From a virus (Duplodnaviria > Caudoviricetes), in the IMG/VR virus record IMGVR_UViG_3300044695_001846, positions 1 to 64,000 of that record: DNA of 64,000 bases; one strand, 5' to 3'. Below the pieces are notes generated by a model. The model ran no database searches. It saw only the letters and a list, made by a program, of their open reading frames with translations, and was not told where the DNA came from. Shown in pieces: positions 48,601 through 57,392 of this stretch. The number at the start of each line of letters is the position of its first letter. Within the stretch, counting starts at the first letter, position 1. Made by a program: the position numbers and the translations under genes.

Positions 48601-50114
48601 TAATTGGAAAAAAGGTTGATGAAAAAAATCAAATACCAGATAACGCTACAACATATTTTACAACTGATATAAATGGAGAAGCCTCCTCAATCTCTGGTGG
48701 ATCTGGAGGTCTTGGTTTTATGGTTGACAATGTAACAAAATCTGGATACTATTTTGAAATTATGTCATTGTCTAAAGACATTCTTTCTTCTTTTTCTACA
48801 GAAAAAAATAAAAATAGTGTTTTGGAAAATATTATATTCTACAAAATTCCTCCACAAAATGTAAGATATCCTCATAATGGAATTGATGCAAATGGAAATG
48901 AAAGTGAGTCTATTGTTATAAATGCAGATGGAAAAGAAAATTTTGCACAGCCTATAAAATTGTGGGGAACTTTAGCAAAAGTTCTAGTTGACGAAGGCAT
49001 GTTCTTTGGAATGGATAGAATGGCTTCTCAAGATAATCCAACAGTACACGATCTTGGAATTGAGTTTGAAAGACGTGGGTCATCTGTTAAATTTTATTTA
49101 TATTTAAACAATGTTTTAATTGCTACTGTTATTGACAATAATCCATTGCCATCAGTAACTAGCGATACAGTATTTAGCACATGTTTATTTGTTAGAGGTG
49201 GATCTAAGTGCATGTTTGAAAATATATATGCCCTAAGAAACAGAGCAATTCAATCAGAAAGTGTAACGGCAATATCTTTAGATAATTTAGGAATCTCTTC
49301 AAGAAATAGCTTGGCAGCTTTTGGAGATGATAACATATCAATTTCAGAATCATTAAGAAAGTACGCCCTTTCTGGAATTGTTCAGTCAACTTACCTTTCT
49401 TCAATTGGAACAGAAAGACCTCCAGGATTTGATATTTATTTTGAAGAGTTTGGAACTATCATGAGAGAGTGTGCATACTTTAATATCAAGTATGATCAAG
49501 CATATCCAGCAATAGTTGCAAGAATGCTTCCACCACTTAATAATGAAAAAGTTTATACGGTTTCAGGATTTTTGCCAGGATCCTATGGGGCAGAGTTTTT
49601 ATTGTTTAATAGCTCTGATAGAATAATATCTCTTGCTGATAGTTCTGCAAATAAAATAGTTATAACTGGAATTACATTTACACAAAATATATCAAATGTT
49701 CTTACAGTTGATGACTATCTTGGGGAAAGATCAAATCTGTCAGACCCAATAATTATTGATAATGTCATAAGGTCTCCACAGTTAGCACAAAAGTTCTATG
49801 ATACTATTAAGAATAGTAGATCCGTTTATGGCAAAAAATCATTTTCTTTAAACTCTTTATATGTTCAAAATGAAGATTCTGCAAAAGATTTAATGGGGTG
49901 GATGATTGATAAAACAATGAAAAGTAGAAAAGTAATTACTGTAAATACATTTGGAACTCCTCATATTCAGCTTGGAGATATTGTTAAAATAGATTATGAT
50001 TTGCCAGAGGGTGTAAAATTTGTAGAAACAGATAAAAGATTTATTGTTACTTCTATGAAGTATTCAAGATCCTCATCTGATATAAAAACTTCATTAAACT
50101 TGGTGGAGGTGTAA
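45624..50114 (+). CDS. Tail tip / baseplate hub protein (1496 aa)
   Basis: Synteny; LQRLAQSTQTAMFFDEYNNF and C-terminal PHIQLGDIVKI hub-type motif. Confidence 0.65.
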   Translation: MFFDNDLITHLKTNNSLQVDSLIIAEWNQNDLSNIENYGNYRWRPSSASVDVFRNLAPSYDPNDDGNFYTGALESKYISEYRVDSGSPLTFLTDQEEMQLFYSLKDCFKPFRPRSGINKMLFFGDLDEEKNKHVDSIRSGRRPRYYFCSKNDQFKYWTSYRKDSGVEVGVSSVIARGLNSSFGYEITDSAPFVVYKEQVAANRIVVKMQTNLADDLVLGVDGEPVVSSVIRRENLITNDELSDRSKSSIPKKWKIQYLDSENNWLNAISFDENSLRSDGSDIVPWDGYVEISYGVKIPQEYRENFHFIDYISSSVQLPANTINGEAYILLENDLDPGVLWVWNTVLNDWETSNVEYGFSLLENDDTKRTGIITSLVDPKYFLRNEIPTYRDIVFLKGLRVVVETMVSPNRTFDLIEMSPRLKADVSKYVIDFEINKDIAATDYGLPVGALVASTGQINLSNHDGAFTRLNVFNQDEKTGSIISGNLRPQTKFDFYETVLNVQGYDKFIPLKTFYSENSAESYGGFSDVSLTLRDAFFRFESEMATPIFLQNCTLTMAVAVLLDNIGFGNYIFKNITTANDPVIPFFFVEPDISVAEVLQRLAQSTQTAMFFDEYNNFCMMPKEYLIPDYSISDSNTSISERLVNLYGQKEVGSVPNIEFIAGVDSKIINDGQINYTTRYIQRDVPNLEQAQINPNDRTYSYKSAVLWELGDQDEARTINQPIGKNGYSLGAVTLNAELSSTVPFVENHQIQENIIDVGESGYLLPRFQGYLYANGEIIRYDAQEYQVTGVGTVWITNNNEYQKYFSKLAFNGKMIVTGKLRIYTEPFYQESPGASQDGLEAGVVYKNGAVSSHGRGQFGTSVTSHFHELNPYWASSKQAFRMNSSLLFSTTPTESIKYPPLLTTTAGTRSDDSAKGNAVVSGKIASLLRRTVRAENNSSTVDQLEAGTVQSSALILSGSKTSSQASIPRDLITYVYKDFSSNDFKHVGTRMRIIGKKVDEKNQIPDNATTYFTTDINGEASSISGGSGGLGFMVDNVTKSGYYFEIMSLSKDILSSFSTEKNKNSVLENIIFYKIPPQNVRYPHNGIDANGNESESIVINADGKENFAQPIKLWGTLAKVLVDEGMFFGMDRMASQDNPTVHDLGIEFERRGSSVKFYLYLNNVLIATVIDNNPLPSVTSDTVFSTCLFVRGGSKCMFENIYALRNRAIQSESVTAISLDNLGISSRNSLAAFGDDNISISESLRKYALSGIVQSTYLSSIGTERPPGFDIYFEEFGTIMRECAYFNIKYDQAYPAIVARMLPPLNNEKVYTVSGFLPGSYGAEFLLFNSSDRIISLADSSANKIVITGITFTQNISNVLTVDDYLGERSNLSDPIIIDNVIRSPQLAQKFYDTIKNSRSVYGKKSFSLNSLYVQNEDSAKDLMGWMIDKTMKSRKVITVNTFGTPHIQLGDIVKIDYDLPEGVKFVETDKRFIVTSMKYSRSSSDIKTSLNLVEV

Positions 50115-50115
50115 A

Positions 50116-51030
50116 ATGGCTATAAAAAAAGAAGGTGGTGGCTCAAGCTCTCCAAAAAAAGTAGATACTTCAGATGCAGCAGATGTAGCAAGAGCTAAGA
50201 AAGCGGCAGCAGATAAAGCAAAGGCTGATAAGATAGCAGCAGATGCAGCAGCAGAAAGGCAGAGGTTAGCAGATGCGGCAGCAGCAGCAGAAAGGCAGAG
50301 GTTAGCAGATGCGGCAGCAGCAGCAGAAAGGCAGAGGTTGGCAGATGCAGCAGCAGCAGAGGCAGCAAGGGTTGCAGCAGAAGCAGAAAGACAAAGACAG
50401 GTAGCGGAAGCAGCACGTCTTGCAGCTGAAGCAGCAGCAAGAGCAGAAGCAGCACGTCTTGAAGCAATTGCAAATGCAGCACGTCTTGCAGCAATTGCAG
50501 AAGCAGCAGCAAGATCTTTAAAAGGATCTTCAGATTTTGGCGTTGTTAAAAATCCAACTAGAGATGTTTTAAATATTGGTTCTTTAAATCCATCTGCAAA
50601 TGCAGCAAGACTTCAAACAATTCTTTGGGAAAATATGTCTGCAATTGAGCTTTCTGCTGTTTTAAGACATGACACGGTAGATGGAATTAGACAAAGGTAT
50701 GAAATAATTAGCAACCTATCTGAATTAAGAAAAAGATATGATGCTACAAAAGAACTTTCCGTATTAGATAAATCATCTTTACCATATTCAGAATTTACCA
50801 TTGACCTATCTTCAAAAATACCAGATTCTGCATATATTTCTAACAATGGGTTAGATTCAACTTATCAGTATGTTGATACAGATGGGGTATCGATTGTTGA
50901 AGTAGAAAAAGGATATATCTACGTTGCAAATAATGGTGACATTGTTATAGAATTAAATAATTTATTATCATCAGAAATAGCCCAGGTCCAAATAGACTCT
51001 GATGGTACAATGTATGAGGTGAATAATTAA
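50116..51030 (+). CDS. Tail-associated protein with Ala/Glu/Arg-rich helical repeat
   Basis: AERQRLADAAAA repeats in the N-terminal half; located in the tail-tip module. Confidence 0.6.
   Translation: MAIKKEGGGSSSPKKVDTSDAADVARAKKAAADKAKADKIAADAAAERQRLADAAAAAERQRLADAAAAAERQRLADAAAAEAARVAAEAERQRQVAEAARLAAEAAARAEAARLEAIANAARLAAIAEAAARSLKGSSDFGVVKNPTRDVLNIGSLNPSANAARLQTILWENMSAIELSAVLRHDTVDGIRQRYEIISNLSELRKRYDATKELSVLDKSSLPYSEFTIDLSSKIPDSAYISNNGLDSTYQYVDTDGVSIVEVEKGYIYVANNGDIVIELNNLLSSEIAQVQIDSDGTMYEVNN
50251..50358 (+). repeat. 36-bp tandem repeat (about 3 copies) encoding AERQRLADAAAA
   Basis: Unit gcagaaaggcagaggttagcagatgcggcagcagca starting at 50251, 50287 and 50323 (third copy imperfect). 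Confidence 0.9.
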
Positions 51031-52202
51031 TGATAACTAATGACGGAAAAAACATTATTGCAAAATATTTGCTAAACCAAGCCCCAGAGTTTGCTAGCCA
51101 TATTGCAATTGGTGTTGGTGGACATGCCTTACCTGTTGCCTCAGCAAGTTATTCTGCATCTGTTTCTCCAGTATTTTCTAGCACATCCAAATCTCTTGAC
51201 TTTGAAGCACTTAGAGTTCCAATTTTATCTAAAGGTCTTATTAAAGAATTAAATGAAGAAACAGATGAGTATGTTGAAAAAATTGTTTTTAAGGCAGAGC
51301 TTCCAACTGATCAAAGATTGCAAATTACAGAAATTGGACTATTTCCCTCAGACTCAAATAGTCTAGCAGAAAGGTTTGGAAGCAAAACTCTTTCATCTTT
51401 TACTAATTCTGAGCCGTGGACGTATTCAAGGTTTGGATCTGGATCTGTTGTCCCATACATTAATGAAGCACTAGACTCTTATGACGGAGAAATTTCTCCA
51501 GGAGATATAATTAGACCAGAAGTTGCTATGTTTATTAATTCAAATTCTTCAATATTTGACTACACTGATAGAAAAAATAGAAGAGAAGAGCCTAGGTACT
51601 TAGACAAATGCTTGATGGTATCTGGAGATTTTTCAAAACTTGACTCAACGTTTAATCCTTTAGCAAACTCTGCAAGTGCAGGGTATTATATTGAAAATAG
51701 TTCTGCAAGATTAAATCTAGGAAGAAATCTTCCAACAGATAAAATAAAATTAGCCATGTCTATAGTTAATACAATATCTACAGATAGTGTGGCTCCAAAT
51801 GGTAATGTTAGAATAATCCTTGAATTCATTAACAATACTGTTAATAGTCCAAAAGCTTATTTAAACATAGATCTTCCAGTAAATTATTTCTATGATGCTT
51901 TAAGTGGAGATCAGTTTAGATATAAGGTTATAACTAGAAGTATTTCAGACTTTGTAATAAGCCCATCCTTTTCTTGGAGTGAAATTGACTTGGTTAGAAT
52001 TTATGCATCTATAGACGTAGCAAATCCTAGTCTTTATAGAATAATTTTAGACGGTATTAGACTAGAAAATATTTCTACAATAAATCCATTATATTCTTTA
52101 ATAGGTGCAGAGTATATTAAAACAGATAACGGATACCCAGTTCTTAAAGAAGAAAACTCAACTAATTATATAGAGTATAGATTTGGCTTAGGAGTTTCCT
52201 AG
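51030..52202 (+). CDS. Baseplate/tail structural protein
   Basis: MITNDGKNIIAKYL...IAIGVG...ITEIGLF resembles fibre-anchoring N-terminal domains. Confidence 0.6.
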   Translation: MITNDGKNIIAKYLLNQAPEFASHIAIGVGGHALPVASASYSASVSPVFSSTSKSLDFEALRVPILSKGLIKELNEETDEYVEKIVFKAELPTDQRLQITEIGLFPSDSNSLAERFGSKTLSSFTNSEPWTYSRFGSGSVVPYINEALDSYDGEISPGDIIRPEVAMFINSNSSIFDYTDRKNRREEPRYLDKCLMVSGDFSKLDSTFNPLANSASAGYYIENSSARLNLGRNLPTDKIKLAMSIVNTISTDSVAPNGNVRIILEFINNTVNSPKAYLNIDLPVNYFYDALSGDQFRYKVITRSISDFVISPSFSWSEIDLVRIYASIDVANPSLYRIILDGIRLENISTINPLYSLIGAEYIKTDNGYPVLKEENSTNYIEYRFGLGVS

Positions 52203-52717
52203 TGGCAAGAATTACGATACCTGTTGAGCAGCTTCCACAACCAGATAAAAATGGAAATCATAATATCCAGTTTAGAATAATATCTGAAGATAGAAATAAA
52301 GCTTCTGCTTGGTCAACATTGTATACCATAAAAAGTATTGGGCAGTATAGACCCTTGCAGTCGGATGTTGACTTCATCCTTTCTGATTCAGATATCTCTT
52401 TAATTTGGGAAACTCCAACAACCTATAACTACCACCCCTCACTTGCTTCAGCCTCTATTGGACACAATCATTCAATAAGATTTAAAAAACATCCAACTGA
52501 TATTTTTGTAAAATGGGATTCTTCAAATTTTGAATACCACGAAAGAACTGATCAGGACGCTATATCAATAAGCATTCCTGAAACAGCATCTGCTTCTGTT
52601 AGAGTTATTGGAACAGTAGCAACACATGGATTTGATAGAGACACCATTTCTGATCAAATAGTAGAAGATTTGTCAAACTTATTTTTAATTTTTGACACTG
52701 GAACACAATTAATCTAA
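52202..52717 (+). CDS. Tail/baseplate protein
   Basis: FRIISEDRNKASAWS motif; coupled to the upstream gene (GTG start). Confidence 0.5.
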   Translation: MARITIPVEQLPQPDKNGNHNIQFRIISEDRNKASAWSTLYTIKSIGQYRPLQSDVDFILSDSDISLIWETPTTYNYHPSLASASIGHNHSIRFKKHPTDIFVKWDSSNFEYHERTDQDAISISIPETASASVRVIGTVATHGFDRDTISDQIVEDLSNLFLIFDTGTQLI

Positions 52718-52719
52718 AA

Positions 52720-52728
52720 TGGTATAAT
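52720..52728 (+). promoter_or_regulatory. Extended -10 promoter TGGTATAAT
   Basis: Intergenic, before AGGAG and ATG 52744. Confidence 0.7.
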
Positions 52729-52743
52729 GTATTAGGAGAAAAA

Positions 52744-53163
52744 ATGGAATTACCAGATAGAGGTCAACCACTAGATATTTCTTATCTACTGAGAATGGCT
52801 ACCGAAATTAACAACTTGAATTCAACTATTAATTCAGGAAGGACTCAATCTTCAATAAAGTATTTTGGAGAAACTGGGGTAACAGAAGTTGCAACATCTG
52901 AATTGGTAATGTATGCATCTAGCCAGCCTGTAACTGGAAACTCCACCACTGATTCTGGATTGACGACAAGGTTTGATTTTCCTTCAGGTTTTAGAAGAGC
53001 TCCAATAGTTACTGTATCTGCTCAATCAAGTTCTGACAATGTTTATTGTGTAATTAAGTCAGTGTCAGATAGGTCTTGCGAAGTTAAGCTAGTTCTTCCA
53101 GCTGGAACCACATCTTCTACTACAGCAAATATTTCCATAATTGCAATTGGCGAAAGAGCTTAG
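52744..53163 (+). CDS. Small virion protein with H-type lectin/gp53-like C-terminus
   Basis: LPDRGQPLD N-terminus; FDFPSGFRRAPIVTVS...ISIIAIG. Confidence 0.55.
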   Translation: MELPDRGQPLDISYLLRMATEINNLNSTINSGRTQSSIKYFGETGVTEVATSELVMYASSQPVTGNSTTDSGLTTRFDFPSGFRRAPIVTVSAQSSSDNVYCVIKSVSDRSCEVKLVLPAGTTSSTTANISIIAIGERA

Positions 53164-53178
53164 AAGAATTGGAATGAG

Positions 53179-53697
53179 ATGTCTAAAGACATTGACATTG
53201 GGGTCGTAAAGCCTTCAGAGAAAGTATTTTTCATTAACGGTGATCTTATAAGAGTTTTGCATATAAATCGTGCTAGCAATATAGTAAAACTATTAAACAT
53301 TACTAAAGGAAAAGATCAGAGTATGTTGTATTCTGATTTTAAAAAACATAGAAAAAGAGCATACTCAGTAATAAGTTCAGCAAAGATATTAAATAGGTCA
53401 AGAATAGCATTGCAAAAATATTATTTAAGCGGTTTGATTCCTGAGCCAGTTGGTGCTAAACTAAATGGAAAAAGAGATTTTAGAGTTATGTCATATTATT
53501 CAGAAGATACTCTTTTTGAAATAAGAGAGATTATGACAACCATACACCATGGTAGACCGAGAAAAGATGGTAATATAACGCCATCAAACGTTCCAACTGA
53601 ACAAGACTTGCGTTCTAGAATGGGAGATGCTATAATGCTTTATACGAAGACATCGGATGGGCGTTTCATTCCGACTTGGCAAGAAGAGACATGGTAG
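53179..53697 (+). CDS. Putative DNA-binding protein (MerR-like HTH)
   Basis: YSVISSAKILNRSRIALQKYYLSGLIPEP...YYSEDTL resembles a MerR-type winged HTH. Confidence 0.5.
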   Translation: MSKDIDIGVVKPSEKVFFINGDLIRVLHINRASNIVKLLNITKGKDQSMLYSDFKKHRKRAYSVISSAKILNRSRIALQKYYLSGLIPEPVGAKLNGKRDFRVMSYYSEDTLFEIREIMTTIHHGRPRKDGNITPSNVPTEQDLRSRMGDAIMLYTKTSDGRFIPTWQEETW

Positions 53698-53706
53698 GAG
53701 ACCAAA

Positions 53707-53910
53707 ATGTCAGAAACAACAAATGTTTCAGTAACACTAGGATATACACTTAATCTTGGAAATTTTCAAAGTCTAAGAATTGATATTGGAATTACAGATT
53801 TTGTTCGTAGTGGAGAAAATACAGATCAGGCTCTTGATAGAGTGTATGAGTTTGTGGAAAATAAAGTAATTCAAAAGGTTGAAGAAGCTAAGAAAGAACT
53901 AGAGGACTAG
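53707..53910 (+). CDS. Small conserved phage protein
   Basis: VTLGYTLNLGNFQSLRID motif; AGGAG RBS. Confidence 0.7.
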   Translation: MSETTNVSVTLGYTLNLGNFQSLRIDIGITDFVRSGENTDQALDRVYEFVENKVIQKVEEAKKELED

Positions 53911-54218
53911 TGGCGGATAAGAAAGATCGCTTTGCACTAATATCTAGATATAAGAAATTAACAAAAGAAAAAAACTTAAAAGAAGAAAATATAAATATCC
54001 ACATTCAGCAATGGGCTGCAGACTCGTTGATTGAATCATATGGTATAGAGCAAAGTTATGATCTAATTGATTACTATGTTGGCGTTTCTGCATCACCCAC
54101 TTGGAAGTGGTTGGTTAATAATGCTGACAAAGTATACGATGCAAAAAGAATTAAAGAAGAAGATGACGTAGCTAGAAAGTTACTCAGAGAACAAGCAAAG
54201 GAATGGCTAAATAGGTAA
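53910..54218 (+). CDS. Hypothetical protein (possible helicase loader/initiator)
   Basis: Coupled directly upstream of the helicase; function inferred from position only. Confidence 0.5.
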   Translation: MADKKDRFALISRYKKLTKEKNLKEENINIHIQQWAADSLIESYGIEQSYDLIDYYVGVSASPTWKWLVNNADKVYDAKRIKEEDDVARKLLREQAKEWLNR

Positions 54219-55432
54219 TGTCTGATTTAGAAGCAAAAGTACTATCTGCAGTTTTAAATGATAAACAGATTCATGTGCTTTTTCAAGCAAATCCAGATAC
54301 CCTATTTAGAACACATAAAGATGTTTGGGATTTTGTAAAAAATTATTATGAGCAAAATTCTACCGTTCCAACACAGTCTTTATTGGTAGAAAAGTTTAGA
54401 GACTTTCAGCCAGTAGGGGAAATTGGTACAACAAAGCATCATCTAGAAGAGTTAAGAACTCAATTTCTTGAAGACCATTTAAGAAATGCATTGATGACTA
54501 GTGCAAAGCAATTAAACGATCATCAACCAATTGAAGCTCTTAATTCGATAATTTCAAAAACATCAGATCTTAAGAGAATTAGTTCTGATGTAAGAGATAT
54601 TGATGCAACAGATGTAGAAGATGCTTCTGCACACTTTATAAACATTAAGGAGTTAAGTGAAAAAGGTATACACGGCGTTAGAACGAACTTGGCAGGTTTT
54701 GATAACTATCTACCTGGTGGCATTGCTCCTGGTCAATTTGGCATTCTTCTTGCTTACCCTGCCATTGGTAAGTCTTGGCTCGCTATTTTTATGGCTGTAC
54801 AAGCGTGGAAAGCTGGCAAGAAACCGTTAATAGTTTCTCTTGAAATGACAGAGAAGGAAGTTAGAAATCGTGTCTACACAATTATGGCTGAAGGATATTT
54901 CTCACATAGAAAATTAAGTGCAGGTATGATTGATATTGAAGGCTTTGAAAATTGGGCTAAGCAAAATTTAAAAGATAGACCACCATTCTATATCATTTCT
55001 AATGATGGTCTTGCAGATGTATCTCCTTCTGTTATTAGAGGAAAGATAGACCAGTACTCACCAGATGTTGTATTTGTTGACTATATTCAGTTGATGAATT
55101 CAAATCAAGGAAATGATAACGAAGTTGTAAAAATTAAAAATATTTCTAGAGAATTAAAAGTTCTTGCAATTTCTTCTCAAGTTCCAATAGTTGCAATTGC
55201 CTCCGCTACCCCTGATGATGCTACAGACATGAATAGTGTCCCCTCACTTGGTCAAGTAGCCTGGTCAAAGCAGCTAGCATATGATGCTGACTGGGTTTTG
55301 GCTTTGGGTCGTGCGACTGGAAGTACAATTCTTGAATGTATCTTTAGAAAAAATCGTCACGGATTTTGTGGAGAATTTATGGTAGATATTGACTTTGACT
55401 CAGGTCGCTTTATTTATAAGGATTTTGAATAA
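54218..55432 (+). CDS. dnaB: Replicative DNA helicase, DnaB-like
   Basis: Walker A AYPAIGKS, SLEM, VFVDYIQLM, ISRELKVLA, YDAD, KNRHG. Confidence 0.9.
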   Translation: MSDLEAKVLSAVLNDKQIHVLFQANPDTLFRTHKDVWDFVKNYYEQNSTVPTQSLLVEKFRDFQPVGEIGTTKHHLEELRTQFLEDHLRNALMTSAKQLNDHQPIEALNSIISKTSDLKRISSDVRDIDATDVEDASAHFINIKELSEKGIHGVRTNLAGFDNYLPGGIAPGQFGILLAYPAIGKSWLAIFMAVQAWKAGKKPLIVSLEMTEKEVRNRVYTIMAEGYFSHRKLSAGMIDIEGFENWAKQNLKDRPPFYIISNDGLADVSPSVIRGKIDQYSPDVVFVDYIQLMNSNQGNDNEVVKIKNISRELKVLAISSQVPIVAIASATPDDATDMNSVPSLGQVAWSKQLAYDADWVLALGRATGSTILECIFRKNRHGFCGEFMVDIDFDSGRFIYKDFE

Positions 55433-55448
55433 AACTGGTTAATTCCAT

Positions 55449-55457
55449 TGATATAAT
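55449..55457 (+). promoter_or_regulatory. Extended -10 promoter TGATATAAT (probably leaderless)
   Basis: 7 nt before ATG 55465. Confidence 0.65.
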
Positions 55458-55464
55458 TGATGGT

Positions 55465-55776
55465 ATGTACGCTCACAAGTCAATAAAAAGATTTAGCCTA
55501 GATGGTGAAATTTATGATGATTCCCACATCATAAGACTTAAAGAACAGTACTACAGCATGATTGTCGCTGGAATGAGATCTGATGGGTATGTTCCAAGAT
55601 ATGATATTGACACAGACTTTACAATTAGTTATAATGGTAAGACATTTAATTTTGAAATATCAATATACGGCGTATATGTAGGAAAGAGAACAGCAGAGTG
55701 TATATCAGGGATAGACAAAAACAAGCCAGTAATGGCTACTTCTACTCAGAAGATCAAGTCAGAAGAAGTCTGCTAA
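55465..55776 (+). CDS. Hypothetical protein
   Basis: 103-aa ORF starting 7 nt after TGATATAAT. Confidence 0.7.
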   Translation: MYAHKSIKRFSLDGEIYDDSHIIRLKEQYYSMIVAGMRSDGYVPRYDIDTDFTISYNGKTFNFEISIYGVYVGKRTAECISGIDKNKPVMATSTQKIKSEEVC

Positions 55777-56651
55777 CTGCAGGTATTGATGTAGTCTATG
55801 AAGTAGAATCTGACTTTATAATCTTTTGTCCATATCATAATAATTATAGATCACCTGCTGCAGAAATTTCAAAAGAAAGCGGATTATTCTATTGCTTTGG
55901 ATGTCAAGAATCTCATTCTCTTATTGAAGTAATAATGCATGTAACTAAAAGATCATATTTTGAATCTGCAAGGATGATTGATTCTAAGTCAGAGAATGTT
56001 AATTTTGTTGAAAGCATTGAGGCAAAGCTTAATAAGAAACCAGACTTTGTTGAATTTGATAATGAATTAATTAAAAGATTAAACACTTCTGCACTCAATT
56101 CACAAAGAGCTGCATCCTACTACCTTGGTAGAGGAATTACAAAAGATAGTGTTGAAAGGTATCTGCTTGGATACTCTGAGTCTCAAGACATGGTTACAAT
56201 ACCAGTACATTCGCCAGATGGAATGTGTTTAGGATTTGTTGGCAGGTCTGTAGAGGGCAAAGAGTTTAAGAATACTCCAGGACTTCCAAAAGCAAAGACA
56301 ATGTTTAATTTGTTTAGAGCAAAAAGATTTGATAAGGTATTCGTTGTAGAGTCATCATTTGATGCAATACGTTTAGAGCAAGTGGGAGCACACGCTGTAG
56401 CAACTCTAGGTGCTTCTGTTTCAGGAAAACAAAGAGAACTACTGAAACAATATTTTAATAATGTAATTATTTTAGGAGATAACGATGATGCTGGAAGAGA
56501 GATGGCTAAAAAGCTATCAAACATTCTTGGGTCAAGTGCAATAAATGCAATCCTGCCAGAATCAGTAAAAGATGTATCAGAATTATCAGATGAAGAATTA
56601 AAAAAGTTTGTGTCACAATTTGACGATCTTGTGGCTAATGTGTTACAATAG
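55698..56651 (+). CDS. dnaG: DNA primase (CHC2 Zn finger + TOPRIM)
   Basis: CPYH...FYCFGC; VVESSFDA; GDNDDAG; start uncertain. Confidence 0.88.
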   Translation: MYIRDRQKQASNGYFYSEDQVRRSLLTAGIDVVYEVESDFIIFCPYHNNYRSPAAEISKESGLFYCFGCQESHSLIEVIMHVTKRSYFESARMIDSKSENVNFVESIEAKLNKKPDFVEFDNELIKRLNTSALNSQRAASYYLGRGITKDSVERYLLGYSESQDMVTIPVHSPDGMCLGFVGRSVEGKEFKNTPGLPKAKTMFNLFRAKRFDKVFVVESSFDAIRLEQVGAHAVATLGASVSGKQRELLKQYFNNVIILGDNDDAGREMAKKLSNILGSSAINAILPESVKDVSELSDEELKKFVSQFDDLVANVLQ

Positions 56652-56691
56652 AACAACTGTCCATGTATAGGACAAAATATTAGGAGAAAAA

Positions 56692-57342
56692 ATGGCAATT
56701 GTAAAAGGGCTAAAAAATATCGAAGCAATGCTAGATAAGCCAAAATTTGAAAATAATGGTCCACGAGTAACGTGGCTTAAACTAGAAGATAATCAGAGTG
56801 TATCCGTTCGTTTTGTAAATGAACTTGATGGAGATTCACCAAGCTATGACGAAAAGAATGGTCTTGCCATTGTCGTTTCTGAGCACACAAATCCAAAAGA
56901 TTATAAGCGTAAGGCAGCTTGTTCTGCTGAAAGCGAAGGTCGTTGCTTTGGTTGTGAAATGCACAGAAAAGATATGAAGGCTGGCTGGAGATCTCGTCTA
57001 CGTTTCTACATCAATGTTTTAGTTGATGATGGTGTAAATGATCCATATGTTGCTGTATGGAGCATGGGTGTTGCAAAGTCTGCAACCTTTGATACAATTC
57101 GTGAGTATGTTCAAGATTCGCAAAGTCTTTCAAGTATGACATGGAAGCTAAAGCGAAATGGTAAGGGAACTGAGACAACCTATATTCTAATTCCAATTAA
57201 GCAGGATGAGGAAAAGTTTGATTGGTCTAAGTACGAGATCCCAGACCTTGAAGTAGTTGTAAAGGAAGTTCCTTACGCTGAGCAAGAGTCTTTCTATCTT
57301 GGCTTTGACAATCCATCTGTATCTACTTCTGTAGATTGGTAA
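56692..57342 (+). CDS. Single-stranded DNA-binding protein (gp32-like)
   Basis: WLKL.D..SV.VRF, H...C....C..C Zn motif, KRNGKGTETTY, acidic tail ending in W; between primase and polymerase. Confidence 0.7.
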   Translation: MAIVKGLKNIEAMLDKPKFENNGPRVTWLKLEDNQSVSVRFVNELDGDSPSYDEKNGLAIVVSEHTNPKDYKRKAACSAESEGRCFGCEMHRKDMKAGWRSRLRFYINVLVDDGVNDPYVAVWSMGVAKSATFDTIREYVQDSQSLSSMTWKLKRNGKGTETTYILIPIKQDEEKFDWSKYEIPDLEVVVKEVPYAEQESFYLGFDNPSVSTSVDW

Positions 57343-57346
57343 TTGT

Positions 57347-57371
57347 GGTGGGGGAGAAGTACTCCCCCACC
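57347..57371 (+). terminator. Stem-loop between SSB and polymerase genes (terminator or attenuator)
   Basis: GGTGGGGGAG-AAGTA-CTCCCCCACC perfect 10-bp stem; no U-tract. Confidence 0.65.
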
Positions 57372-57392
57372 CTATACAACTGAAAGGTTAAA

